This document shows, one piece after another, positions 44,991 to 53,086 of a DNA stretch of 61,018 nucleotides (position 1 is its first letter; every line of letters starts with the position of its first letter). The position numbers were made by a program, and so were the translations under genes. This stretch comes from a virus (lineage: Duplodnaviria > Caudoviricetes), in the IMG/VR virus record IMGVR_UViG_3300009506_000029, positions 1 to 61,018 of that record; one strand, written 5' to 3'. The notes under the pieces were generated by a model. It was not told the DNA's origin, did not search any database, and saw nothing but the letters and a program-made list of their open reading frames with translations.

Positions 44991-46414
44991 CCCATCGCCT
45001 CCACCTCTAGCGCATACTGCTTGCCCACCTCCAGCTCGATCGCCCGGTGCGCGCCTGTCTCCATGTCGTGCACGGCAAGCACGATACGCGGCGTATCGCT
45101 TGGCGGCTCTGGTACGGGCACAACTGGCGACACGCACAGCGCCAGCGCTCCGTCAAATGCTGGAAGGTTGACTAGGTCAAGCGCTCCGTGTGCTGCTACT
45201 GCCGTATCGTTTGCCACCTGCTGCCCGGTTATCCAATCAAACACGCGCGCGCTGTAGTTCCCATCGTTCAGACCATACACCGTGAGCGCCTTGTCGCCGT
45301 CACTGTCCCAGGTCGCAAACGCGGTTACATGGCGTCCGTCGCCCCAGGATGACACAAGTTGCAAGCCGTCGCCCTTGATCCCGTCGTCGTAGGCCCATCC
45401 GCGTCCGACCCAGCCGTCGAGGCCCACGTGCTGCGCAAACTCCCACGTCACGCCGGCGATCTCGCTCATCTGTGGACTGGCCGTGCCGTACCATGCGCGC
45501 CAGTTGCCTCGAGGCCGGATCTCTGGCCACCGCAGCGCATAGCCGCCTAACTCGCCACAGAGAGCGGCCCACTCGCGAGCCTTAGATAGAGTATAAGGTT
45601 CAGGTTCTGGCGCGTCGTATGGCGCTGGCACCTCCGGCCGTGGGATCCAGGGCGCATATTGCTCGATGCGCACCGGGATTTTGCAGTATTCCTGACAAGC
45701 GCGCAGCCACACGAGCTGATCGGTCAGCGTCCCGCCGTACCAGTTGATCAGCGCAAAGTCCAGGGAGGGCGCACAAAACGGCTCATTGCGCACATCGCCC
45801 GGAAACCGGCCCAGCCCCTTCGGGGCAAAGATTTGCCCGTTGCCTACTGGCGCATGGTGGACGCTATGCACGTACTCGGCCATCGTTTCCACCCACTGTA
45901 CGAGGATGCTGCGCACGCGACTGGTGTATTCGTCGTTCCAGCCGCTTGCGCCGAGAAACTCAGGCGTACACAATCCGCTACCCATCTCTGCGCACAGCTC
46001 CCATGCGCCGACCGTATCGCCCAGCGCTTCGCAAATAGCGACAATCCGTGCTTGCGCAGCAGCGATCGCGCGCTGCTCTGTAAACGCGCTGTTTGCGTTG
46101 ACAAGCCACCCGCCGTTACACACGTTCCAAACATTCGCGCCCCAGCCCCTTGTAAACTCCTCATTTCCAAACGCCACGACGTGAAAGCGCACGCCGTGCG
46201 CACGTGCCGCCTCGACGATCGGCGCGGCTTGTGCGATCCACTCCGCCGGATCGTACAACTTGACGCGCAGTTTGTTCACGCCTGCCGCCTCGAGCTGTGC
46301 AAAGAACGCATCCAGCGCCATCTCCGGTTCGAGAGCTGCCGGCGCCAGGTTATTCGGAAACTCCTGGCCTGCGCGGAACAGCTCGACTGCATTGTATCCA
46401 CGTGTGAGATTCAT
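44987..46414 (-). CDS. GH5-like TIM-barrel glycoside hydrolase-like protein with C-terminal beta domain
   Basis: GVNKLRV, AWELCAE, LDFALINWY, PVRIEQY. Confidence 0.6.
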   Translation of the reverse strand: MNLTRGYNAVELFRAGQEFPNNLAPAALEPEMALDAFFAQLEAAGVNKLRVKLYDPAEWIAQAAPIVEAARAHGVRFHVVAFGNEEFTRGWGANVWNVCNGGWLVNANSAFTEQRAIAAAQARIVAICEALGDTVGAWELCAEMGSGLCTPEFLGASGWNDEYTSRVRSILVQWVETMAEYVHSVHHAPVGNGQIFAPKGLGRFPGDVRNEPFCAPSLDFALINWYGGTLTDQLVWLRACQEYCKIPVRIEQYAPWIPRPEVPAPYDAPEPEPYTLSKAREWAALCGELGGYALRWPEIRPRGNWRAWYGTASPQMSEIAGVTWEFAQHVGLDGWVGRGWAYDDGIKGDGLQLVSSWGDGRHVTAFATWDSDGDKALTVYGLNDGNYSARVFDWITGQQVANDTAVAAHGALDLVNLPAFDGALALCVSPVVPVPEPPSDTPRIVLAVHDMETGAHRAIELEVGKQYALEVEAMG

Positions 46415-46424
46415 TGTTCTCTCC

Positions 46425-46808
46425 TTAGCTGAGCACGGTCAATTGCTCCGCACCCCATACCCCGTTCACCACACAGATCAGCCACAGCGTAGCACCCCCG
46501 TCCGCATCGTCGATCACACCTCGCACCCCATCGCCCAGGCTGGCCGCTCCGAACGCGGTCACGCACTGCGCGGCAGTTGGCGGGTTGCCCACATCGGCCG
46601 TGCTCATGGGCACCTCGATCCCCACGCGGCTCGCGTCCAGGATACCGTTTCCGTCAAAGTGTGCCAGGTTGCCCGCCTCGTTGCCGGCCGCGCCCGGATG
46701 GCTGCGCTCGAGCGTGCGCACCCTCCGCTCGAGCTCCTCGATCCGCTCGATCAGGTTATGCGAGATCGCCATTCGAGCCACCAGGCTGTGGTGGTGATTT
46801 TGTCCCAT
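46425..46808 (-). CDS. Small tail-associated protein
   Basis: LIERIEELERRVRTLE coiled coil; follows the Tal-like gene. Confidence 0.6.
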   Translation of the reverse strand: MGQNHHHSLVARMAISHNLIERIEELERRVRTLERSHPGAAGNEAGNLAHFDGNGILDASRVGIEVPMSTADVGNPPTAAQCVTAFGAASLGDGVRGVIDDADGGATLWLICVVNGVWGAEQLTVLS

Positions 46809-48994
46809 CAGTCATTCTCTTTCACGACCAACTGGCAGCGCCCGCTCTCGGGATCGTACTCGCGCCCCAGCACGCGCACCAGGTGATTGTAGCCGCCAAA
46901 TCCGTAACTATGCAGCCAGACCCGCACCGTATCGCCTACGTCATAGTCCGCAAACAATGCCGGCGCCTTGTCCAGCGCGCTCAGCGTCAAGATACTCTGC
47001 GGGTCTTTGTATTGGTCCACAAGTGTGTCCGAGATTGCCGTCAGCGCTGCCTGCTCTTCCAGATCACTGTGTGCCTCGTGCCCCTCGCGTCGCCCGTATG
47101 CCGCGATGCTCGCGCTATCGCTGTCTGTGCCTGTCAGCCTCTCGTCGCCCCAAGTGCTGCCGGCCCCGACTGCTGTCCAGACGTTCACGATTGGACCTTG
47201 CTCTGCTAGTTGCACGTCTACCGCGTTGTGCCCCTCGATCAATGCTGCGGCTGCCTTGGTGCTTCCCCGCTCTTGGTAAAAGTTCGCTGTAAAAACGATC
47301 GAACCTCCCGACTTTGACGCCACAATACAGTAGTCATAATCTGCCAGACGCTGGATGAGCAGGTCCTGCGTGATTTGCAGCAGATCGTCGTAGTGATAGG
47401 TTACCGCGAACGCTGACCCTCCTGTCCAGATTGTGCCCGCCGCAATTCCTGTGTCCTCGACTCCATTGGCATCTGCCAGCAACGTCTGAAAGATTGTGCC
47501 GGGTGTGCTACCGGTGAATTCCTTGGTCTTGCCTGTTCTGCGCGTGCCCAGAATGTACTCGCCCGAATAGGCCGTACATGTGATCGTGCCGTCTGCGTTC
47601 CATGTGCGTGGCACGTCGATCATCCCGCCCCAGTCCGGCAGCCCATTCTCAAACTGAAACAGCACTCGGTTCCCAAACCCAAGGTAATCCTCCGTCGCCT
47701 TGGCGTCGGATTGCGCGATCGTGAATTCTGCCCGGCCAATCGCGTTCAGTCTCCACGAGACCGGGCCAATGTCCACCTCCAGCTCTGCCAGCAGCCGCCC
47801 GGTTGTGTCGCCGACCAGGCAGCGCACTCCTGGTGCGACACTGATAGACGGCAGGTTGTTGCCGATCACAAACAGGAACGTCGGCGCAGTAATGGCCACC
47901 ACGCTCGTCGCCGTCGGGGCTACGGCCATCGAGCCGAGGACCACCGTCGGTGCAACCGTAGACGGGACCACGGTCAACGCGCTTGGCGTAACCGTCATCG
48001 ATCCCAAAACAGTGGTCGGCGCGACCACGCCCGTCACCACTGTCAGCGCGCTGGGCGTAACGGTCATCGATCCCAACACGGTAGTAGGTGCAATCGTCGA
48101 CGCTACCGCCGTGATGGCCGCTGGCGTCAACCAGAACCCACTCGCGATGCTTGGATTGACGACAGTCGCCACCGCGCTGATCGCGGCCGGCGCAACAGTC
48201 ATACTCCCCAGGACCGTCGTAGGCGCCACGCTGGCCATCACTGCGCTGATCGCCGTTGGCGTCACAGATACACTGCCCAGCACGACGGTAGGCGCTACCA
48301 CCGCAGCGACGACGGTCAGGGCGCTTGGAGCCACTGTAATCCCGGCCTCTCCGATCTCGTTCCCGTCGTCGTTGATGACAAACTCGTCCATAAAGAACGT
48401 GCCGGACGTCCCCGCGTCTAGCTGGTCCAGCCCGTACCAGATATAAGAGAGATCGTCGAACGCGTCGTAGACGTCTACGCCAGCCCAATCCTCCAGGCTC
48501 ACGCTGTCCAACCACACCTCAAACGTGCCATCGTTGGCTGCTGCGCCCGATGCCTGGACGCACTCGACCTCGACATAGTGTTCCGCGTCTGACACGGTGG
48601 TCACGTTCGTGTCCAATATGCCTGCGTCGTTATAGACTGCGGTCACGAGCTGATAGCCCGTGCCCGAGACATATTTGAGACGTAACGAGACCAGCAGCCA
48701 CGGCGCACCCGACAGCACGAGGTCGAGAAAATGAAACTCGTCATTGTTCGCCATCGTCAGCGTGTGGGGATGAAAGTAGGTCCGAAACCGCACGATACCA
48801 CTACCAGGCGCAGAGAGCCCCTCATACAGGTAGATGTCTGTCTGGTCGTCTATGTTGAACAGCAGCCCATACGCCGAGTCGCCCAGTGCCGCCGTATCGG
48901 AAACGGACAAATCCGTACCATCGACGTGCGAATCATCGTCCCAGCCTGCCGACCAGGCCCCGCTGTTAAAGTTGTCGCTGAAAATCTCGGCCAT
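46808..48994 (-). CDS. Baseplate hub / Tal-like protein with N-terminal ConA/LamG-like domain and ~23-aa repeats
   Basis: C-terminal SWRLNAIGRAEF...SIAAYGRREG...YDVGDTVRV; repeats of TVxPSAxTxV...VAPTTVLGS. Confidence 0.75.
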   Translation of the reverse strand: MAEIFSDNFNSGAWSAGWDDDSHVDGTDLSVSDTAALGDSAYGLLFNIDDQTDIYLYEGLSAPGSGIVRFRTYFHPHTLTMANNDEFHFLDLVLSGAPWLLVSLRLKYVSGTGYQLVTAVYNDAGILDTNVTTVSDAEHYVEVECVQASGAAANDGTFEVWLDSVSLEDWAGVDVYDAFDDLSYIWYGLDQLDAGTSGTFFMDEFVINDDGNEIGEAGITVAPSALTVVAAVVAPTVVLGSVSVTPTAISAVMASVAPTTVLGSMTVAPAAISAVATVVNPSIASGFWLTPAAITAVASTIAPTTVLGSMTVTPSALTVVTGVVAPTTVLGSMTVTPSALTVVPSTVAPTVVLGSMAVAPTATSVVAITAPTFLFVIGNNLPSISVAPGVRCLVGDTTGRLLAELEVDIGPVSWRLNAIGRAEFTIAQSDAKATEDYLGFGNRVLFQFENGLPDWGGMIDVPRTWNADGTITCTAYSGEYILGTRRTGKTKEFTGSTPGTIFQTLLADANGVEDTGIAAGTIWTGGSAFAVTYHYDDLLQITQDLLIQRLADYDYCIVASKSGGSIVFTANFYQERGSTKAAAALIEGHNAVDVQLAEQGPIVNVWTAVGAGSTWGDERLTGTDSDSASIAAYGRREGHEAHSDLEEQAALTAISDTLVDQYKDPQSILTLSALDKAPALFADYDVGDTVRVWLHSYGFGGYNHLVRVLGREYDPESGRCQLVVKEND

Positions 48995-49001
48995 TGGCCC
49001 T

Positions 49002-49514
49002 CTACAAAACTACGCCCAGCTTGTACCGCCCCTCCGGATCCCGCTTGATGTGTAGGCCGACGCGGGTACCTGTGGCCAGAGTCAGCTCGCGAGAGAACCA
49101 CTTGCGGGCCAGCTCCAGCGCCTGCGCGCGGGCGAGCAAATAGGCCTCGCTTGCGCCTGGCGAATACGGCTCAAGCGCGTATAGCCACGCCTCGGCTGGC
49201 ATTCTGCGCGCCTCGTCGTAGAATCTGCGAAGCGCTCTGTCTCCCGGCCGATCTTTTGTCTGCAGCTGCTCCAGAATGTGCGCAATCGTCGGCGGATACA
49301 TCCGATGCGGCTCAGTCTCATACCAGGTGTACGGCTGTGCAAGCACTCGCTCTCGTTCCTCGTCACCTGCGGCCTGCGCGACCTCTGGCGCCGCGCCTCT
49401 GTCAATCTCGCGCGCGATCGCCTCGGCACGAGCGTTTGCGGCCCGCACCTCCAACGCACGGCGATCCTGCTCTGTGCGTGCCTCGTCCATGTCCACATAA
49501 GCCAGGACGTTCAT
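49002..49514 (-). CDS. Hypothetical protein
   Basis: GGAGG RBS. Confidence 0.6.
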   Translation of the reverse strand: MNVLAYVDMDEARTEQDRRALEVRAANARAEAIAREIDRGAAPEVAQAAGDEERERVLAQPYTWYETEPHRMYPPTIAHILEQLQTKDRPGDRALRRFYDEARRMPAEAWLYALEPYSPGASEAYLLARAQALELARKWFSRELTLATGTRVGLHIKRDPEGRYKLGVVL

Positions 49515-49532
49515 AACTGCCTCCGACTTGGT

Positions 49533-49979
49533 TTATGATTCGTTGATCCTGATCTCGAGGTCCTGCAGGGTCAGCGTCTGCCCGTCACTGATCGTCCTGT
49601 TGCTTGACAGGTCCCAGTACGCATAGACGTCCCGCGCGCTGTCTGACGTGTTGTCGTCCGTCAGCACTGCATACCGTGCCCCGGCAATGCTCCCTCCGCT
49701 CGCCGTCCACACCACGTCTTTAACTTGCACCAGGCCGCGGTCGTTTGTGTCATCCTCGGTCAGCGTGTCAAAATCCGTCGCGTTGCGGCTCAATTGGTAC
49801 CCGCCCGCGCTATACCCATTCCCTGCGCTGATCTCGGTCAGGTCGCTCGCGACGTTTGTATCTGCGGTCGGCGCTGTGGCCGACGTGACCAACCGCACGT
49901 AAAAGTTGGTCGGGATCGCGTTGTTTCTGAAAACGTGATCCAGGATGTTGAACTTGCCCCGATTTGTCACTCCTGCCAT
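49533..49979 (-). CDS. Minor tail structural protein
   Basis: MAGVTN.GK...FYVRL...TEISAGNGYSAGG...VWTASGGSI...GQTLTL pattern. Confidence 0.7.
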   Translation of the reverse strand: MAGVTNRGKFNILDHVFRNNAIPTNFYVRLVTSATAPTADTNVASDLTEISAGNGYSAGGYQLSRNATDFDTLTEDDTNDRGLVQVKDVVWTASGGSIAGARYAVLTDDNTSDSARDVYAYWDLSSNRTISDGQTLTLQDLEIRINES

Positions 49980-50827
49980 TTCATAGACTCCTCATAGCCG
50001 AGTTTCATCAGCCACGTGTCCCCGCCCTCTCTGCGAAACGCTGCGACGTGCTCTTGCTTGAACACCTCGCGCCACCCGCCCACCTTGCCCTCACGAAACG
50101 TCACCGACGCACTCGTGTTTCCTTTTCGTTTGACCGCTTCCTCTGCAAAGCGGTTTAGCGCTCCCTCGTCTACTTTGATGCGTTCTTGCGCTTCCTCGAA
50201 CGAGTCGAACACCCGTGTCATCCCGTACCCGATCAGTCTGACCGCTTCCTCGTACGGGTTCGCCAAGGCGTCCTCGTACCGTACCGAGTGCACCCACCCA
50301 CAGTCAATCCACGGAGCATACTCGGCCCAGCGTTTCACTACGCCGGGGAATGGTCCAAGTCCCTCGATCACCGCCAGAAGCACTGCATCAAATCCACCTT
50401 CCATCTCAAGTAATCTGTATGCGTCTTTGCCCGGGTGATGATGCGAACCATCCGTAGCCAGGATGTGATGCGCCTGGCTGACTGCTACGTCGCGCAGGTC
50501 TCTGTATATGAACACAGTTGCTATCCCAGACAGGTCTAGCCAGTGCGCGATCTCTTCGTTGTACCCTGTGTGTCCCTTCATGTAACAGCCCGCTCGGGTC
50601 CTGGCTGCCAGGGCACAGAACGTCTCCGCGCTTTTGGTCTGCATCGACCAGCCGTTCGCGATGTACGTTCCCATCCACTCGTTCGTCTGCCGGATTCCAT
50701 CTCCAGGCATGGGCGTGCAAACAACCTGTACCATCTGCTCGATCATGTGCAGGCCGCTCTTGGGAAACCCGCACAAATAATACTTTGGGCGGATCTCCCT
50801 GTCGTTTGCAACGTGATACCAGTACAT
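49967..50827 (-). CDS. PAPS-dependent sulfotransferase (Sulfotransfer_1-like)
   Basis: GFPKSGLH (5'PSB), YRDLRDVAVS (3'PB), VRYEDA, FREGKVGGWR. Confidence 0.9.
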   Translation of the reverse strand: MYWYHVANDREIRPKYYLCGFPKSGLHMIEQMVQVVCTPMPGDGIRQTNEWMGTYIANGWSMQTKSAETFCALAARTRAGCYMKGHTGYNEEIAHWLDLSGIATVFIYRDLRDVAVSQAHHILATDGSHHHPGKDAYRLLEMEGGFDAVLLAVIEGLGPFPGVVKRWAEYAPWIDCGWVHSVRYEDALANPYEEAVRLIGYGMTRVFDSFEEAQERIKVDEGALNRFAEEAVKRKGNTSASVTFREGKVGGWREVFKQEHVAAFRREGGDTWLMKLGYEESMKWQE

Positions 50828-53070
50828 CAGTACACCCCGTCCAGCGTGCGCCAGATGCCACCCGAACAGTTGTAGGTCTCGACCTGGCCATCGCCATCAT
50901 AGTCGTACTGTACCTGGCTGGACTCGTAGGTCACGCTCACCCCAGCGCCCAGCAGCTCTGCTGTCTCGGCGCAGATGCGCGCTTCCAGCGGCCAGGGCCA
51001 AAGCGGCACCTCCCCGATCTCGCCTTCCACAGACTGGTAGAGCACCAGCGCGCCGATATCTGATATCACTTGCGATCCTAACAGATATGCTCCGTTGCCA
51101 TACTGATCGGTTTGGTAGCCTGGATCGATCTGCGTCTCATTTGTCCCGGCCTGCGTTCCGCTGTACAGTGTGTCCACGTCCCAGAAGTTGTTATCGTGAT
51201 GGTCCAGGCTGACATTGATCTCGCTGTAGTCGGCCACTGCCAGCCCCGTACTTGCATCCACGATGGACGAGTTCGTCAGACTGCCGACGATGTCAAACCA
51301 GGGGTTGCTGCCGTCGTGGCTTACTCTGTATGCCGCCTGGTGATGCACGAGCGTGAGGTGATCTGCTGTGAAAGCGTCGTCCGCGCGCTGAAAAACGCCG
51401 CTGTAGGGAGTGCCGTATCCCTGACCGGTCTCGTTCCCGATCAGCACCGTGTTCTGGACGCTGTTCTCGTGTAGCTGCTGATTTGCCGAGATGACATTCA
51501 GACCATGATAGTCGTAGCCCACAAGCACACTTCCAATGAGCGCGTTCCGGTCCACTCTGTCCGTGTCCCGGTTCCAGGTCGCGTACCAATATTGTCCGGC
51601 GTCGACATAGATGTCTGACGGCGCGCGTGCGCCGACAAAGTTCTCGAGCAGCGTGTCTGCGCTGCCGTACACTTGAAACATGTCGGCGCCCTGCAGCGTT
51701 CCATTGGTCACGTAGCGCCCGAAAAACCGTCTTGCCGTAACCCGATCGCTCTCGTACACCAGTAGAGGGTTCCTGCCTCGTCCGGTCGCCGCGCAATCCT
51801 CCAGCAGAACATCTTGCACCCGGTAGATCTCTACGATGTGATCCGAGTAGTCTGGCCCGGCCTCATAAGCTGTCACGCGATCCATGACGACGTCGCTCGA
51901 TCCGTTGATAGATACCACCATGTCCTGGCTGTGGTGGCAGGTCACCCCTCGCAGCGTCACGTTTGAGGCTCCCGACAAGCTGCACGTCGGACATAGGCCG
52001 CTCGAGCACGGCTCCAGCCTTCCGTCAAATCGCGCGCCGCCATCCGTCTCCGAGACGATCTCTAGCGGAGCGCTCGCGCTGCACGATGCTGAGATCAATA
52101 GCCGCGCATAGGTTCCGTCTGGGATCGCGATCTGCTGCCCGCAGTAGGACGATCCAATCTCGATCACGCTGCCAGGTGACGGCGTAATCGTCGGGAACGG
52201 CGTTGCTGTAGGCTGCGCCGTTGCCGTCGGCGTACTGGTCGCAGTGGGTATTGCCGTCGCCGTTTGTGTCGCCGTTGGCGTGTTTGTCGGCTCTGGCGTG
52301 TTGGTCGACGTCGGCGCCGGCGTCGACGTCGGCACTCCCTCGACCGCTACGATCCGCACCGCATCCGCGACCACCCCCCGCTCTCCTGTCTCGCAGTCAT
52401 CCGACACGTATACTGTGCCGAGCCCCTCGAATGCCCATACACCCAGCAGATTCCACTGCCCGCCGTTCAGCGTCTGGTCCACGCGCACCGTCGTCTCTCC
52501 GCCTGCGTGAATCACCGTGTACGGCACATCATGCGGTCTCCAGCTTGACGCAAACCACCACGCATACACCTCATACGTGCCCGAGGGCACCTCGAACGTC
52601 CACCCCGCCCGATCCGATCCGCCACCCAGCATCACGTTTGATCGATGATTCGGTCCCCATAACTGCTCGTGCGGCTCTCCGCCGTTGTCCCACAAGATCC
52701 AGTCATCCTGCCCCACCTCGACAAACCAGCCCGGCGAGGTGTCATTGTCGAGGACCATGTCTATCGGTTCCTGTGTTGGCGTACTGGTCACTGTCGGCGT
52801 GCTTGTTGGCACTGGCGTACTCGTTGCCGTCGGCGTGTTCGTTGGCACAGGCGTACTGGTCACTGTCGGCGTGCTCGTCGGCGCCACCGTGCTCGTCTCC
52901 GTCGGCGCCACCGTCGCCGTCGGCTCGCACGGCACGCACGTCGCACACTGTACGGCCACGCTCTCCCCTGGCAGCAGCACGATAGCCGGCGCCTGGGCCA
53001 CTACCAACCATAATCCGCCCATCGCCAACAGGATCGCTGCGCCGATCGCCGCCTGTTTTACTCGCTTCAT
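50827..53070 (-). CDS. Secreted modular protein: Thr/Pro linkers, golvesin/Xly CBD-like domain, right-handed beta-helix
   Basis: Signal peptide; TATPT repeats; YEVYAWW...RVDQ..NGGQWNLLG...VVADAVR; pectate-lyase-like repeats. Confidence 0.8.
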   Translation of the reverse strand: MKRVKQAAIGAAILLAMGGLWLVVAQAPAIVLLPGESVAVQCATCVPCEPTATVAPTETSTVAPTSTPTVTSTPVPTNTPTATSTPVPTSTPTVTSTPTQEPIDMVLDNDTSPGWFVEVGQDDWILWDNGGEPHEQLWGPNHRSNVMLGGGSDRAGWTFEVPSGTYEVYAWWFASSWRPHDVPYTVIHAGGETTVRVDQTLNGGQWNLLGVWAFEGLGTVYVSDDCETGERGVVADAVRIVAVEGVPTSTPAPTSTNTPEPTNTPTATQTATAIPTATSTPTATAQPTATPFPTITPSPGSVIEIGSSYCGQQIAIPDGTYARLLISASCSASAPLEIVSETDGGARFDGRLEPCSSGLCPTCSLSGASNVTLRGVTCHHSQDMVVSINGSSDVVMDRVTAYEAGPDYSDHIVEIYRVQDVLLEDCAATGRGRNPLLVYESDRVTARRFFGRYVTNGTLQGADMFQVYGSADTLLENFVGARAPSDIYVDAGQYWYATWNRDTDRVDRNALIGSVLVGYDYHGLNVISANQQLHENSVQNTVLIGNETGQGYGTPYSGVFQRADDAFTADHLTLVHHQAAYRVSHDGSNPWFDIVGSLTNSSIVDASTGLAVADYSEINVSLDHHDNNFWDVDTLYSGTQAGTNETQIDPGYQTDQYGNGAYLLGSQVISDIGALVLYQSVEGEIGEVPLWPWPLEARICAETAELLGAGVSVTYESSQVQYDYDGDGQVETYNCSGGIWRTLDGVY

Positions 53071-53086
53071 CTCGCTCTTGCTCCTT

